64,000 nt of DNA from an uncultured bacterium. Lineage in GTDB: Bacteria; Chlamydiota; Chlamydiia; Chlamydiales; Simkaniaceae. The DNA is taken from NCBI GenBank assembly GCA_964350675.1, contig CAYGKJ010000007.1:17176-81175 (forward strand). Direction: 5' to 3'. The position numbers were made by a program, and so were the translations under genes. The notes under the pieces were generated by a model. It worked only from the letters and a program-made list of their open reading frames with translations, searched no databases and was not told the DNA's origin. This document shows, in pieces, positions 46,171 to 56,248 of this stretch. Each line of letters starts with the position of its first letter. The stretch's first letter is position 1.

Positions 46171-48816
46171 ATGAAAAATATATATATCCTAGATGCAGTT
46201 TCCTTCCTCTTTCGCTCTTACTTTGCCATCCGAGGGATGACAAACAAGAAGGGTGAGTCTACAAATGCCCTCTATGGATTTATCCGCTCAGTCCAAAAAA
46301 TTATCAAGGAATTTGCTCCTGAAGGCTTCGTTGCTGTTTTTGATGGTCCCAACAACAAACAATCACGAGTTGATATATATAAGGAGTATAAGAGTCATCG
46401 GGAAGGGATGCCTGAAGATCTTGTTCCTCAATTGAGTTGGGCACATCAGTTTTGCGAAATGGCTGGGATCCCTTATCTATCTGAGGAGGGGATTGAAGCC
46501 GACGATGTAATAGGAGCCATCGCTAAATGGGCAGAAAAACAGGGAACTGAGGTTTTTATTTGCTCAAGCGATAAGGACCTTTGTCAACTGATCACCGACA
46601 AAATTTTCATGCTTAACACGAGCAAAGGCAACCTCTTAATTAACCGAGAGATGGTGAAGGAAATCCATGGAGTGAAGCCAGAACAAATTGTTGATTACTT
46701 GGCAATTATGGGTGACAAATCAGACAACATTCCAGGAATCCCAGGATTTGGTCCAAAAACGGCAGCCTCTCTTCTCCAAGAATATGGAACACTTGAAAAT
46801 CTCCTCAATAATCTGGATGGAATGGCAAATCAAAAGCAAGCAGAAAAAATCAGAGCCCATGAATCTGATGCACGGATCAGCCAAAAACTTGCAACACTCA
46901 TTTTGGATGTTCCCTATCCAACGGAAGAGGACTTTTATCACCTCGAATCTCCAAACACTCAGGCCCTCGAGGTTCTCTATCAAGAGATGAACTTTAATAC
47001 TCTTCTGCAAGAATTAGAAAAGCCTCCTAAAGTGGAACTTGAAGAAGAAGTTTCCTACCATATCATCGATACTGAAGAAGAGTTAGATTCTCTGATTAAA
47101 AAATTTGGGCAAGAAAAATCGATCTGTATAGATACGGAAACCGACCAACTAGCTCCAATGGCAGCACGAATGGTTGGTGTCGGGTTTTGTATTGCTCCCT
47201 CCGTAGCGTGGTACATTCCAACAAATGGAAAACTAGGAATCGATCTGGTTGTTTCAAGACTTAAGCCACTCCTTGAAAATCCTGATATTGCCTTTTACGG
47301 CCACAACATCAAATACGACTTCCACATTTTTAAAAACCACGGAATTACTTTAAAGACAATCGGTTTTGATACCATGATTGCTTCTTATCTATGTGCACCT
47401 CAAAAAAACCGACATGGTCTCGACCTATTATCCCTTGAAAAATTTGGGAAGATAAAAACTCCCATTAAGGATTTGATTGGAAGTGGAAAAAATGAAAAGT
47501 CGATGCGAGATGTCCCGATTGAAGACGTCGGCCCTTATTGCTGCGAAGATGTGGACTACACCTGTCGCCTAAAGGCTCTCTTTGAAAAGGAGCTTGAAGA
47601 GAAGGGATTGTCAAATATGCTACTAGAAATCGAGCTTCCTCTCATTCCAGTCCTTGTGTCAATGGAGCGGTATGGGATGTTTGTCGACACCGAAAAACTT
47701 CAAGATATGTCAGAACTATTGCGCGTAGAACTTGCTTGTTTGGAAAAAGAGATTTACGGCCTATCAGGAGAAACATTTAATATTAAATCTCCTAAGCAAC
47801 TAGGAGAAATACTGTTCGAAAAACTGGCAATTCCCATGGGGTCTAAAAAGAAAAGTACGCGTGCAGATGTCTTAGATTCTCTAAAAAACGAATACCCAAT
47901 TGCAGGAAAAGTTTTAGAGTATCGAGGTCTTGAAAAACTTCGCTCAACCTATACAGAAGCGCTTCCTCTCCAAGTTCATGAAGATACAGGTCGGATTCAC
48001 TGCACCTTTATGCAAACAGTGACCGCAACAGGACGACTATCTTGCCAAGATCCTAATCTTCAAAACATCCCTATTCGTTCCGAAGAAGGTCGGAAAATTC
48101 GAGAAGCTTTTATGCCGGAAATGGAAGGATGGTCCTATCTTTCTGCTGACTATTCTCAAATCGAACTCCGACTCTTAGCTCACTTCAGCAACGATCCTAA
48201 ACTCACTGCAGCCTTCAATCATAATGAAGACATTCACACATCGACAGCCGCCACTGTTTTTGATGTGCCTATTGAAGAGGTCACAAAGCAAATGCGAGCC
48301 GGAGCTAAAGCTGTCAACTTTGGGATCATTTATGGCCAGCAAGCCTACGGCCTTTCACAAGAACTTGGAATCGATGTAAAAGAAGCTTCCACTTTTATTA
48401 AGAAGTACTTTGAACAATATCCAGGGGTCAGAGACTTTATTGAAAGTTCAAAAGAAAAGGTGAGGCAGACAGGCCTTGCAACGACAATGTATGGCCGGAA
48501 GCGTCCTATTCCAGAGATCCATAGTACAAATGGGATGATTCGAGCAGCAGCAGAACGCTTAGCGGTAAACACTCCCCTTCAAGGAAGCCAGGCAGATATC
48601 ATCAAAAAAGCAATGATCGAAGTTCATGAAGCTCTCAAAAAGGAAAGGCTTGCCTATATGGTCCTCCAAGTTCATGATGAATTAATTTTTGAACTTCCTG
48701 ATGACACCATTCCTCGGGTACGTGGTATTGTCCAATCTATCATGGAAAATATCACCACTCTATCCGTTCCTTTAATTGTCAATATTGACGTTGGAAAAAA
48801 TTGGGGAGAGTGTTAA
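46171..48816 (+). CDS. polA: DNA polymerase I
   Basis: It has a 5' nuclease domain, a 3'-5' exo-like domain and a Pol A palm (DYSQIELRLLAH, KAVNFGIIYG, QVHDELIFE). Confidence 0.95.
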   Translation: MKNIYILDAVSFLFRSYFAIRGMTNKKGESTNALYGFIRSVQKIIKEFAPEGFVAVFDGPNNKQSRVDIYKEYKSHREGMPEDLVPQLSWAHQFCEMAGIPYLSEEGIEADDVIGAIAKWAEKQGTEVFICSSDKDLCQLITDKIFMLNTSKGNLLINREMVKEIHGVKPEQIVDYLAIMGDKSDNIPGIPGFGPKTAASLLQEYGTLENLLNNLDGMANQKQAEKIRAHESDARISQKLATLILDVPYPTEEDFYHLESPNTQALEVLYQEMNFNTLLQELEKPPKVELEEEVSYHIIDTEEELDSLIKKFGQEKSICIDTETDQLAPMAARMVGVGFCIAPSVAWYIPTNGKLGIDLVVSRLKPLLENPDIAFYGHNIKYDFHIFKNHGITLKTIGFDTMIASYLCAPQKNRHGLDLLSLEKFGKIKTPIKDLIGSGKNEKSMRDVPIEDVGPYCCEDVDYTCRLKALFEKELEEKGLSNMLLEIELPLIPVLVSMERYGMFVDTEKLQDMSELLRVELACLEKEIYGLSGETFNIKSPKQLGEILFEKLAIPMGSKKKSTRADVLDSLKNEYPIAGKVLEYRGLEKLRSTYTEALPLQVHEDTGRIHCTFMQTVTATGRLSCQDPNLQNIPIRSEEGRKIREAFMPEMEGWSYLSADYSQIELRLLAHFSNDPKLTAAFNHNEDIHTSTAATVFDVPIEEVTKQMRAGAKAVNFGIIYGQQAYGLSQELGIDVKEASTFIKKYFEQYPGVRDFIESSKEKVRQTGLATTMYGRKRPIPEIHSTNGMIRAAAERLAVNTPLQGSQADIIKKAMIEVHEALKKERLAYMVLQVHDELIFELPDDTIPRVRGIVQSIMENITTLSVPLIVNIDVGKNWGEC

Positions 48817-49412
48817 ACTTGAAGAAAATAGCGATAACAGGCAACGTCGCAACAGGAAAGTCCACGGTTTGCCGCATTCTGAAAGATCACGGAGCATCCA
48901 CACTTAGTTCTGACACAATCATCCATCAACTTCTGGCAAACGATCCCTCGTGTATTGAGCAAGTGATCTCTCTTTTTGGATCAAAAGTGATAACAGATAA
49001 GAAGATTGACCGAAAGAAAGTGGCAGACATCGTTTTTAGCGATGAAGAAAAATTAAAAGCTCTGGAATCTCTCCTTCACCCTCTTCTTCTTAGACGTATC
49101 GATGAAGAGTTCAAAAAAGTGGAAGCAGAAGGAAAGGAGGATTATTTCGTCGTCGAACTTCCTCTTGTTCAGGAAATCGGCAGAGAAAAGGATTTTGATT
49201 TCATTGTTGCTGTTGTCAGTGACAATGATGAGGCGATGAAACGCTTTACTCAGGCAGGATTTACAAGGAATAGTTTCCTAAAAAGGAATGCTCGTCAATG
49301 GGATCCAGAAAAAAAGGCTAAACATGCAGACTACGTCATTGAAAATGATGGCACGTTTGAAGATTTAAAACAGAAAATACTTGAAATGATTAAGGAGATA
49401 GACTCTCAATGA
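48801..49412 (+). CDS. coaE: dephospho-CoA kinase
   Basis: [14 protein letters not shown] is the P-loop. The start is either 48801 or TTG 48819, just after the polA stop. Confidence 0.88.
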   Translation: MGRVLNLKKIAITGNVATGKSTVCRILKDHGASTLSSDTIIHQLLANDPSCIEQVISLFGSKVITDKKIDRKKVADIVFSDEEKLKALESLLHPLLLRRIDEEFKKVEAEGKEDYFVVELPLVQEIGREKDFDFIVAVVSDNDEAMKRFTQAGFTRNSFLKRNARQWDPEKKAKHADYVIENDGTFEDLKQKILEMIKEIDSQ

Positions 49413-50761
49413 GCGAAGATACAGACCAAAACCAAGCGACCAAAAAAGAAAACCCCATCCACCCTCCTAAAAAATATCCAGGCCAAAAACCCTCCAAAGA
49501 TCCCGCTATCACCAAGATTGCTGACCTTCAGCAAATGAATATCGACCAACTAGCGATTTATGCAAAAAATATTGGCCTTGAAAACATTGGATCCTTAACC
49601 AAATCACAAATGGTTTTTGAAGTTGTCAAGCTGAAGTCAGCAATGCCTGATGAGATTCTCGTTGGTGAAGGAGTTTTAGAAGTCCTTCCTGATGGATTTG
49701 GCTTTCTCCGCTCTCCTAACTACAATTATCTCCCTTCCGCCGAAGATATTTATGTCTCCCCTGCTCAAATCCGCCGTTTTGACCTCAAAAAAGGAGATAC
49801 AATCTATGGAACCCTCCGTGCCCCAAAGGAAAAAGAAAAGTATTTTGCTCTTCAAAAAGTGGACAAAATTAACGGAAAAACCCCCGAAAAATCAAAAGAA
49901 CGGATTCTCTTCAACAACCTGACCCCTCTCTTTCCGACAGAGCGCTTTGTCATGGAAAATGGGAAAGATCAACTCTCAATGCGTGTGCTTGATCTTAGCG
50001 CTCCGATTGGGAAAGGACAAAGAGGCCTTATTGTCGCCCCTCCTAAGTCAGGAAAAACAATCTTAATGCAAAGTATTGCTAATTCGATTGCAGCAAATCA
50101 CCCTGAAGCAAACCTCATTGTCCTTCTCATTGATGAACGCCCTGAGGAGGTAACCGACATGCAGCGGATGGTTAAGGGTGAAGTTGTTTCTTCAACTTTT
50201 GATGAACCTCCTGAGCGCCATGTTCAAGTTGCAGAGATGGTTATCGAAAAAGCCCGTTCCCTTGTTGAGAATGGTCAAGATGTTGTCATTCTTCTTGACT
50301 CCATTACACGTCTTGCCCGCGCCTATAACACTGTCCAACCACACTCAGGAAAAATCCTGACAGGTGGTGTCGATGCACAATCCCTCCACAAACCCAAACG
50401 CTTCTTTGGTGCAGCAAGAAATATCGAGCATGGGGGTTCATTAACAATTATCGCCACAGCTCTTGTTGATACAGGGTCTAGAATGGATGAGGTGATTTTT
50501 GAAGAGTTCAAGGGTACGGGTAATATGGAACTCGTCCTTGATAGGCGCCTTGCTGATCGAAGAGTCTATCCTGCAATTGATGTTGTTCGCTCAGGAACCC
50601 GAAAGGAAGATCTGCTTTATCACCCTGATGAGCTTGAAAAGATTTACCTCCTTCGTCAAGCACTTGCCGATTTAACCCCCCTTGATGCAATGAATATGCT
50701 CCTGAACCGATTGAAGAAAACAAACTCGAATGCAGAATTCTTACTTTCAATGAAAAATTAA
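49409..50761 (+). CDS. rho: transcription termination factor Rho
   Basis: It has a Rho N-terminal/CSD region ([14 protein letters not shown]), Walker A (APPKSGKT) and [15 protein letters not shown]. Confidence 0.95.
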   Translation: MSEDTDQNQATKKENPIHPPKKYPGQKPSKDPAITKIADLQQMNIDQLAIYAKNIGLENIGSLTKSQMVFEVVKLKSAMPDEILVGEGVLEVLPDGFGFLRSPNYNYLPSAEDIYVSPAQIRRFDLKKGDTIYGTLRAPKEKEKYFALQKVDKINGKTPEKSKERILFNNLTPLFPTERFVMENGKDQLSMRVLDLSAPIGKGQRGLIVAPPKSGKTILMQSIANSIAANHPEANLIVLLIDERPEEVTDMQRMVKGEVVSSTFDEPPERHVQVAEMVIEKARSLVENGQDVVILLDSITRLARAYNTVQPHSGKILTGGVDAQSLHKPKRFFGAARNIEHGGSLTIIATALVDTGSRMDEVIFEEFKGTGNMELVLDRRLADRRVYPAIDVVRSGTRKEDLLYHPDELEKIYLLRQALADLTPLDAMNMLLNRLKKTNSNAEFLLSMKN

Positions 50762-50767
50762 GTCACC

Positions 50768-50842
50768 CTAGATAGGGTCGTCAAATAATTTTTGTTGGAA
50801 AGAGCCCCAAGTGGGCCAGAGTATTTGATGACGCTATCTAAG
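50768..50842 (+). repeat. long imperfect inverted repeat downstream of rho
   Basis: ctagatagggtcgtcaaata (50768-50787) matches the reverse complement of tatttgatgacgctatctaag (50822-50842) at about 18 of 20 positions, and one mismatch is G-U compatible. The loop is about 34 nt. Confidence 0.5.
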
Positions 50843-50899
50843 ATAATGGTTCCCTTTTTTTTAAGGGTTTTCTAGGATGCCGATTAAGTAGGATAATGG

Positions 50900-52225
50900 A
50901 TGGCACCCCCTTTGGAAATGAAACGCAATAAGCTCCTCCTCATCACCTCTTCAGGAGGAGGTGGACATATTCAAGCTGCAAAAGCACAAGCTGTAAAGGC
51001 TCTTTCAGAAAACCCAAACACTGAAATTATCCAAAAAGATATTCTTATAGATATGGCCAGTAAGCGCTTAGGAAAGGGATTTGTTTACCTTTGGAACTCC
51101 TCCCAGAAACGGGGAAATGTCAAGTTTCTGATGTTTTTACAGAAAAATGTTCCTACAGCAGATATCGTTTTTGGCACATTTATTTTTCTCCGTACTCTAT
51201 ATGTCTTGCTAAAGGAAGGAATCGATCAAATTGTCGATACTCAACCCATCGGGACCTTTGCCATCATAAAAGCGATAAAACTAGCAAGAAAGATAACGGG
51301 TAAACCTCTAAAGCTAGAAAAAATTGTCACAGAACTTCCAACAGATAATGTGATTCACTTTTTCAAACCTATTAAACTTCTTTCTGAAACGGATCGCTCC
51401 TTAATTAAGCTGATCACCACAGTCCCCCTATTAAAGGAGAACCAAACAGCTGAAGGGTTTTGGAAAAAAAACTGTGGTCTTTCTGAAAACGAGGTCTGTT
51501 ATGAGAGTTTTCCCCTGCGCTCCTCATTTAAACAGTATCTAAATACAGTAAGAAATCGCAATGAGCGGATGAAAATTCTCATTCATGTCAATTCCAACGA
51601 AGAAAAGTATCTGGTTTCTGACTCCATTAAAAGGGGTTTCATCACTTCTGAAATCTACCGCGACAAAATAGCAGTTAACATCGAGACAGATGATAAAGTC
51701 TCTACCATCCTTCTAGGAAGTCAACCAACAGAAGAAGCAACTCTAAAGTATCTAAAAAATTACATTGAACTCATGCAGCGTACTGCTGCAGATGAAAACC
51801 ACCTTCTATTCGTCTTTTGCAATTCCCACACGCAGCATAAAAATAGCTTACTAAAAAAGGTTCATTATCTCATTCAAAAAATAGATGCCTTTCCCCACAA
51901 TCTAACCGTGGTTCCCATGTGTTTCCAAAATGATGATGTGATCTCCGCCCTCTACTATCGGAGCGATGCAACTTTTACCCGTTCGGGTGGACTCACGGCA
52001 ATGGAACTAATGTCTGTTGCTCAAGGTCAGATCTGGATTCACTCCGAAGTGCGTCATAGCACTATGGACTCTAATAATCTTGGGAAAGGAATGCCTATTT
52101 GGGAAATGGGTAATGCTTCTTATTTGCAACACAAGAAAGGAGCTCGCTTCATCACTCCCGAGACCTTCATTGATAGTTGTCATTCCTACTTTCTTCCAGC
52201 ACATTCCAAAGCTAGTATTGGTTAG
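50900..52225 (+). CDS. putative GT-B glycosyltransferase (MGDG-synthase/MurG-like, GT28-type)
   Basis: The N-terminal LLLITSSGGGGHIQAAKA matches the G-rich loop of the MGDG_synth/MurG family. The C-terminal FTRSGGLTAMELMSV resembles the nucleotide-sugar binding helix. Confidence 0.55.
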   Translation: MAPPLEMKRNKLLLITSSGGGGHIQAAKAQAVKALSENPNTEIIQKDILIDMASKRLGKGFVYLWNSSQKRGNVKFLMFLQKNVPTADIVFGTFIFLRTLYVLLKEGIDQIVDTQPIGTFAIIKAIKLARKITGKPLKLEKIVTELPTDNVIHFFKPIKLLSETDRSLIKLITTVPLLKENQTAEGFWKKNCGLSENEVCYESFPLRSSFKQYLNTVRNRNERMKILIHVNSNEEKYLVSDSIKRGFITSEIYRDKIAVNIETDDKVSTILLGSQPTEEATLKYLKNYIELMQRTAADENHLLFVFCNSHTQHKNSLLKKVHYLIQKIDAFPHNLTVVPMCFQNDDVISALYYRSDATFTRSGGLTAMELMSVAQGQIWIHSEVRHSTMDSNNLGKGMPIWEMGNASYLQHKKGARFITPETFIDSCHSYFLPAHSKASIG

Positions 52226-52234
52226 AGCCCACTC

Positions 52235-53176
52235 CTAATCTCCCATTAAATCCCGTATTAGACCTTCCCAATCATGAGCATTAAAGTGCTTTTGGAGCGA
52301 CTCTTCCGATGCTCCTATTTGTTGAGCAAAACCTGGGATATACTGCATCATATTATTATGGTTAACCTCATTGGTCATCCGTTGGGAAAAACCAATTCTT
52401 TTTCCATGTCCGTTAAGAAAGCTCTTCCTTTTGACAAAATCTCCCATAATCTTAGGGAGCTGTTTCTTTAAAGAAGGATTCGACACCACGTACCCCAAAA
52501 ACCTTAGAGGGTGCACTGGAAGGATATTATCCCCCAGCTTTTCCATAGCACTCTTCTTTTTCAAAAGGCCTAACCACCCCAACTCCCCTAAGTTCTTGAT
52601 CATTTTAGAGATACTGCTCTGATCATCTGCTGTTAGTCTGAGCTGGTAGTATATTTGGGGGCTATGTCCTTGAGAAACCACAGACTGATAAGAAATATTC
52701 TGATCAGGAATCATAGAGAGCATCATGTGCTGCATAGGATTTAAGGATCCGCCGATATCTTGTGCCATTTCCCACTCTATCTCGCGTGCAAGTTCCTTTT
52801 CAGCAAGCGCATCCCCCAAAAAGGAAACAAAACTGCTCTTTAACTCCTCAAACTGATCCCGTGGAATTCCTTCTCTCATAATTTTTTCAAGCGCCCCTCC
52901 AAAAGAAATAATATAGGGCTGAATAATCTCTTCTGGACCACTCATAATCGCGTGTCCATCAAGCTCATACGCAAAAGAACAGTGAGGATAATCCAGTGTT
53001 TGGTGAGCAGAGAAAAGGAGAAATTTTTGAACAAGGCCCAAATCCCTATCTGATTGAGGATAAGAGGAAAGATGGAATCCCAACTGAAGATCTTCCCCTC
53101 TTAAAACCCCTAGAAAAATAAATGTCACCACAAAAAATTTAGTGAGTAACCCTCTCATAATGAACCTCCTTAGCAC
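52235..53176 (-). CDS. hypothetical protein with N-terminal signal/anchor sequence
   Basis: This 313-aa protein has the hydrophobic N-terminus LLTKFFVVTFIFLGVL. I recognise no family motif. Confidence 0.55.
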   Translation of the reverse strand: MLRRFIMRGLLTKFFVVTFIFLGVLRGEDLQLGFHLSSYPQSDRDLGLVQKFLLFSAHQTLDYPHCSFAYELDGHAIMSGPEEIIQPYIISFGGALEKIMREGIPRDQFEELKSSFVSFLGDALAEKELAREIEWEMAQDIGGSLNPMQHMMLSMIPDQNISYQSVVSQGHSPQIYYQLRLTADDQSSISKMIKNLGELGWLGLLKKKSAMEKLGDNILPVHPLRFLGYVVSNPSLKKQLPKIMGDFVKRKSFLNGHGKRIGFSQRMTNEVNHNNMMQYIPGFAQQIGASEESLQKHFNAHDWEGLIRDLMGD

Positions 53177-53344
53177 AAATTTGCAGAATGCAAATCATGA
53201 AGAAAATTAAAATTTAAATCAATAAAAGTTTAGGGGCACGTTCTAGGAAAAAGAAAAATAATTTGAAATATATTTCGAAATTGAACATGTATAAAATTGA
53301 CAGGTTAGTATGTTATTTAACCCGATCTTATCGAGGAGAAAAAG

Positions 53345-53617
53345 ATGAAAAATGTACCTAAATCTCAAAAACATAAGCTCTGCTGCAAGTGCCTAGCACT
53401 TTCAATTGGCATTGTTTGGGGTGTTGCTATCCTTCTTACTGGATGGATTTCAATGACTGGATGGGGATATCAGTTTGTTGATGTGATGTCTTCACTTTAC
53501 ACTGGCTATGATGCTTCATTCGTTGGCGGAATCGTCGGCGGAATCTGGGGTTTCTTCGTTGGTGCTATTCTAGGTGGACTTATTGGATGTGTCCATAACA
53601 GAATTATGAGCCGCTAA
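53345..53617 (+). CDS. small Gly-rich membrane protein
   Basis: This 90-aa protein has two hydrophobic, Gly-zipper-like segments (IGIVWGVAILLTGW; GGIVGGIWGFFVGAILGGLIG) and an AGGAG-like RBS upstream. Confidence 0.6.
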   Translation: MKNVPKSQKHKLCCKCLALSIGIVWGVAILLTGWISMTGWGYQFVDVMSSLYTGYDASFVGGIVGGIWGFFVGAILGGLIGCVHNRIMSR

Positions 53618-53629
53618 AGCGACCGCGAG

Positions 53630-53649
53630 GTGAGCGCACTGGCGCTCAC
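53630..53649. terminator. bidirectional rho-independent terminator
   Basis: gtgagcgc (53630-53637), loop actg, gcgctcac (53642-53649), then ttcaccttttt. It lies between convergent gene ends. Confidence 0.65.
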
Positions 53650-53660
53650 TTCACCTTTTT

Positions 53661-54032
53661 CTATGCATAGTCACCTTCAGCATCCAGGAGAGCAAGCGTT
53701 TCATCGTCGATGTCTGTTTCTATGAACTCCACAGGAATCCCCTCATCCTCAATGATGGCAACGCGAAATCCTTCCATGGGCTCCCATGGGCCTAAAATCA
53801 CCTTCTTATCCTTAATTTCAGCATCGATATTCTCTACGCGAAATGCAAGGTGCGGCACTTGTTTCAAAATGTCGGGGAGCTCGCATTCCTTAGGGAAGCG
53901 GAGCCATTGAACCCGATAGCTGTTTGCGCCGAAGGGAGTTGAGTAAAACTTGTACTTCGGGTGGTACGACTCCCCTTCCTTGACTGCTTCGGTGGGAATC
54001 CCTAAGTGGTGAAAATTCCAATTTCTCATCAT
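53661..54032 (-). CDS. VOC (glyoxalase/bleomycin-resistance/dioxygenase-fold) family protein
   Basis: In this 123-aa protein, FHHLGIPT and PHLAFRVENID resemble the paired beta-alpha-beta-beta-beta metal-binding modules. Confidence 0.45.
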   Translation of the reverse strand: MMRNWNFHHLGIPTEAVKEGESYHPKYKFYSTPFGANSYRVQWLRFPKECELPDILKQVPHLAFRVENIDAEIKDKKVILGPWEPMEGFRVAIIEDEGIPVEFIETDIDDETLALLDAEGDYA

Positions 54033-54073
54033 TTCCTTATGGCAAAAACATTATTTTGGTACAAGATGGAAGT

Positions 54074-54982
54074 ATGTTGTATCCACTACTGTTTACGCCA
54101 GTTTATAAGGACTACGTCTGGGGAGGACGTCAGATTCTTGAAAAATTTGGGCGGGAGGGGCCTCCCGGAAAGATTGCCGAATCATGGGAGGTTTCCGACC
54201 GCGAAGAGGGAATGAGCATCATTGAAAATGGCCTTTTAAAAGGAACATCCCTTCATTCCCTCTTTTTAGAAAAGCGAGAGGAACTGATGGGAAGAGATGC
54301 TCACTACATGCGCTTTCCCCTCCTCTTGAAAATCATCGATGCTCAGGATAATTTAAGTGTGCAAGTCCACCCCTCTGAAGGACCCGAAGCAAAGACCGAG
54401 GCATGGTACATTATAGATGGGGGAAAAGATGCCGTTGTCTATGGAGGCTTGAATGGGAATTTTCCAGCTGAAGAACTCGATCAGAAACTCCCTACAAAAG
54501 AGATCCTCTCTCTCATGCGAATGCTTCCTGTAAAGCCGAATGACATGATTTCGATTCCCGGAGGGCGCCTTCATGCAATAGGATCCGGAACACTTCTTTT
54601 TGAAATTCAGCAATGCTCGAATACAACCTATCGCGTCTACGATTGGGGACGGGGGGGACGACCACTTCATATCGAGGACGCCAAGTCCGTTCTTCTCTAT
54701 TCTGATCCAGAGGATCCCCGCATCTCTCCCAAACTCATTGATGAAACTCCAAGCTATCGACAGACTGAGCTGATTCGCACTCCCTATTTTGTCGTAGAAA
54801 AATGGGAGCTTTTCTCCTCTCAAAAGTGGCACAAACTTCCCGACAAATGTTCGATACTTTTCTGCTTAGAAGGAGAAAACTCCCTTGTTCCCATTGGAAG
54901 AACCTGCCTCATCCCAGCAAGCTGTCCCCCGGTAGAAATCCTAACTGACAACGCGACCCTAATCCACGTCTATCTTCCCTAA
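54074..54982 (+). CDS. manA: class I mannose-6-phosphate isomerase (small bacterial type)
   Basis: MLYPLLFTPVYKDYVWGG, LSVQVHP, TEAWYII and GGRLHAIG (cupin metal ligands) are present. I prefer ATG 54074 over TTG 54056. Confidence 0.85.
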   Translation: MLYPLLFTPVYKDYVWGGRQILEKFGREGPPGKIAESWEVSDREEGMSIIENGLLKGTSLHSLFLEKREELMGRDAHYMRFPLLLKIIDAQDNLSVQVHPSEGPEAKTEAWYIIDGGKDAVVYGGLNGNFPAEELDQKLPTKEILSLMRMLPVKPNDMISIPGGRLHAIGSGTLLFEIQQCSNTTYRVYDWGRGGRPLHIEDAKSVLLYSDPEDPRISPKLIDETPSYRQTELIRTPYFVVEKWELFSSQKWHKLPDKCSILFCLEGENSLVPIGRTCLIPASCPPVEILTDNATLIHVYLP

Positions 54983-54983
54983 G

Positions 54984-56150
54984 CTAGAACCTGCGTAATA
55001 AAGGTTGTGAGCACGATCGGCGATATTTTGGTTTGAAAACAAATGCGGGCCTTCGCGAAGCTATTCCATCTAACCTCTCTCTATCCAATTTGCTATATCT
55101 TGGCTTATACGTGACTCTAGCCTGAAGAAGTGGCTGAGCTTCTGCTTCCTCTGTATCCGAATGAGTAGCCTCAGTTTGCGTAGACTGTGTTTTTGTATTC
55201 ACTCCTGTTTTTTCTTTCCTGAACTCAAGCAAGAGCTGGTTGGTTTTGCGTGTCTCTTTCCGCGTCGCTTTCAAAGATCTGATCACTTTTATATGCAAGC
55301 ACGTTCCTAAAACCCCGGATACAAGCCCTACCATTCCAAAAATCACTCGTCCCCATAAAGCACCAATAATTACACCATTCATGCCCTCTTTTAATTCATG
55401 AAAAGACTGCATCGATACATTTTTTAGCGTTCCGATTTCCTCTCTACCCATATCTACTAATTCATTTACTGACTCTTCGTATCGCTCGATCCTTGTCAAG
55501 GTTTGGTTCTGTAGATTTTGAAATGAGTCTTCAACTTCATCAACTTTTTCCATAGTTAGGTTATGAAAGCGCGCTGCCAGCAGAATCACTTCATCTGTTC
55601 TATTAATAATCCAAACTTTTTGTTCTTCAGTATAGTCTTTAAACTCCTTTCCGAGTGATTTTATAGAATGGCCAACCACATTGTTCAATTCTGCGAATGG
55701 CTTACTTAAATCCGCATTGAACTGCTGAATAAGGTGTAAAAATGTCTTGCAATGAAAATTGTCTGAAGCAGTTGAAATGAGTCTTGATAATGATATAATT
55801 AAATTCCCTATTGCTTGGCCTCTTCTATAACCACTGTACCCATAACCTCCCCTGTGAAAGCTTCTTCGGGATCTCACCAAAGGGAGGTTTTCAGTAGCAA
55901 CTTCCTTTTCATGGGCAACCTTTGCAATTCTGGTATCCTGGGGTTGCAGAAGTGGCATGGCTGTCGTAACAGCTAAATTAGAAAGCAGTAAAACAGTGAG
56001 GAATACTGAATACCTTGGTATTGCATCGCAGGCAGTTTGTCTAATTCTTTCATTTTTAACTCTCTTCCTATGGTTCCTTGGAACCCTGTTACGAGGAATA
56101 TTTCTATAAGCATCTTGTTGGAAAATAACTGCTGTAGATCTTGATGACAT
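54984..56150 (-). CDS. hypothetical membrane protein with central coiled-coil-like region
   Basis: This 388-aa protein has a basic N-terminus, a first TM (YSVFLTVLLLSNLAVTTAMPLL), a helical region rich in E/K/N/L, a second Gly-rich hydrophobic segment (VIIGALWGRVIFGMVGLVSGVLGTCL) and a basic tail. I recognise no family. Confidence 0.55.
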   Translation of the reverse strand: MSSRSTAVIFQQDAYRNIPRNRVPRNHRKRVKNERIRQTACDAIPRYSVFLTVLLLSNLAVTTAMPLLQPQDTRIAKVAHEKEVATENLPLVRSRRSFHRGGYGYSGYRRGQAIGNLIISLSRLISTASDNFHCKTFLHLIQQFNADLSKPFAELNNVVGHSIKSLGKEFKDYTEEQKVWIINRTDEVILLAARFHNLTMEKVDEVEDSFQNLQNQTLTRIERYEESVNELVDMGREEIGTLKNVSMQSFHELKEGMNGVIIGALWGRVIFGMVGLVSGVLGTCLHIKVIRSLKATRKETRKTNQLLLEFRKEKTGVNTKTQSTQTEATHSDTEEAEAQPLLQARVTYKPRYSKLDRERLDGIASRRPAFVFKPKYRRSCSQPLLRRF

Positions 56151-56248
56151 AATTCTATCCTTATTTATTATCTGAAAAAAAATTCAGAACATGATAACAG
56201 TGATATAAAAAAGAATCAATTTTAATTGGAAAATGTCTACATCAATGA

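Noticed and set aside
54353-54832. A 159-aa minus-strand ORF inside manA, and the similar 153-aa plus-strand ORF at 56531-56992 inside glk
   Set aside because: Both are antisense to motif-confirmed genes and have no supporting features.
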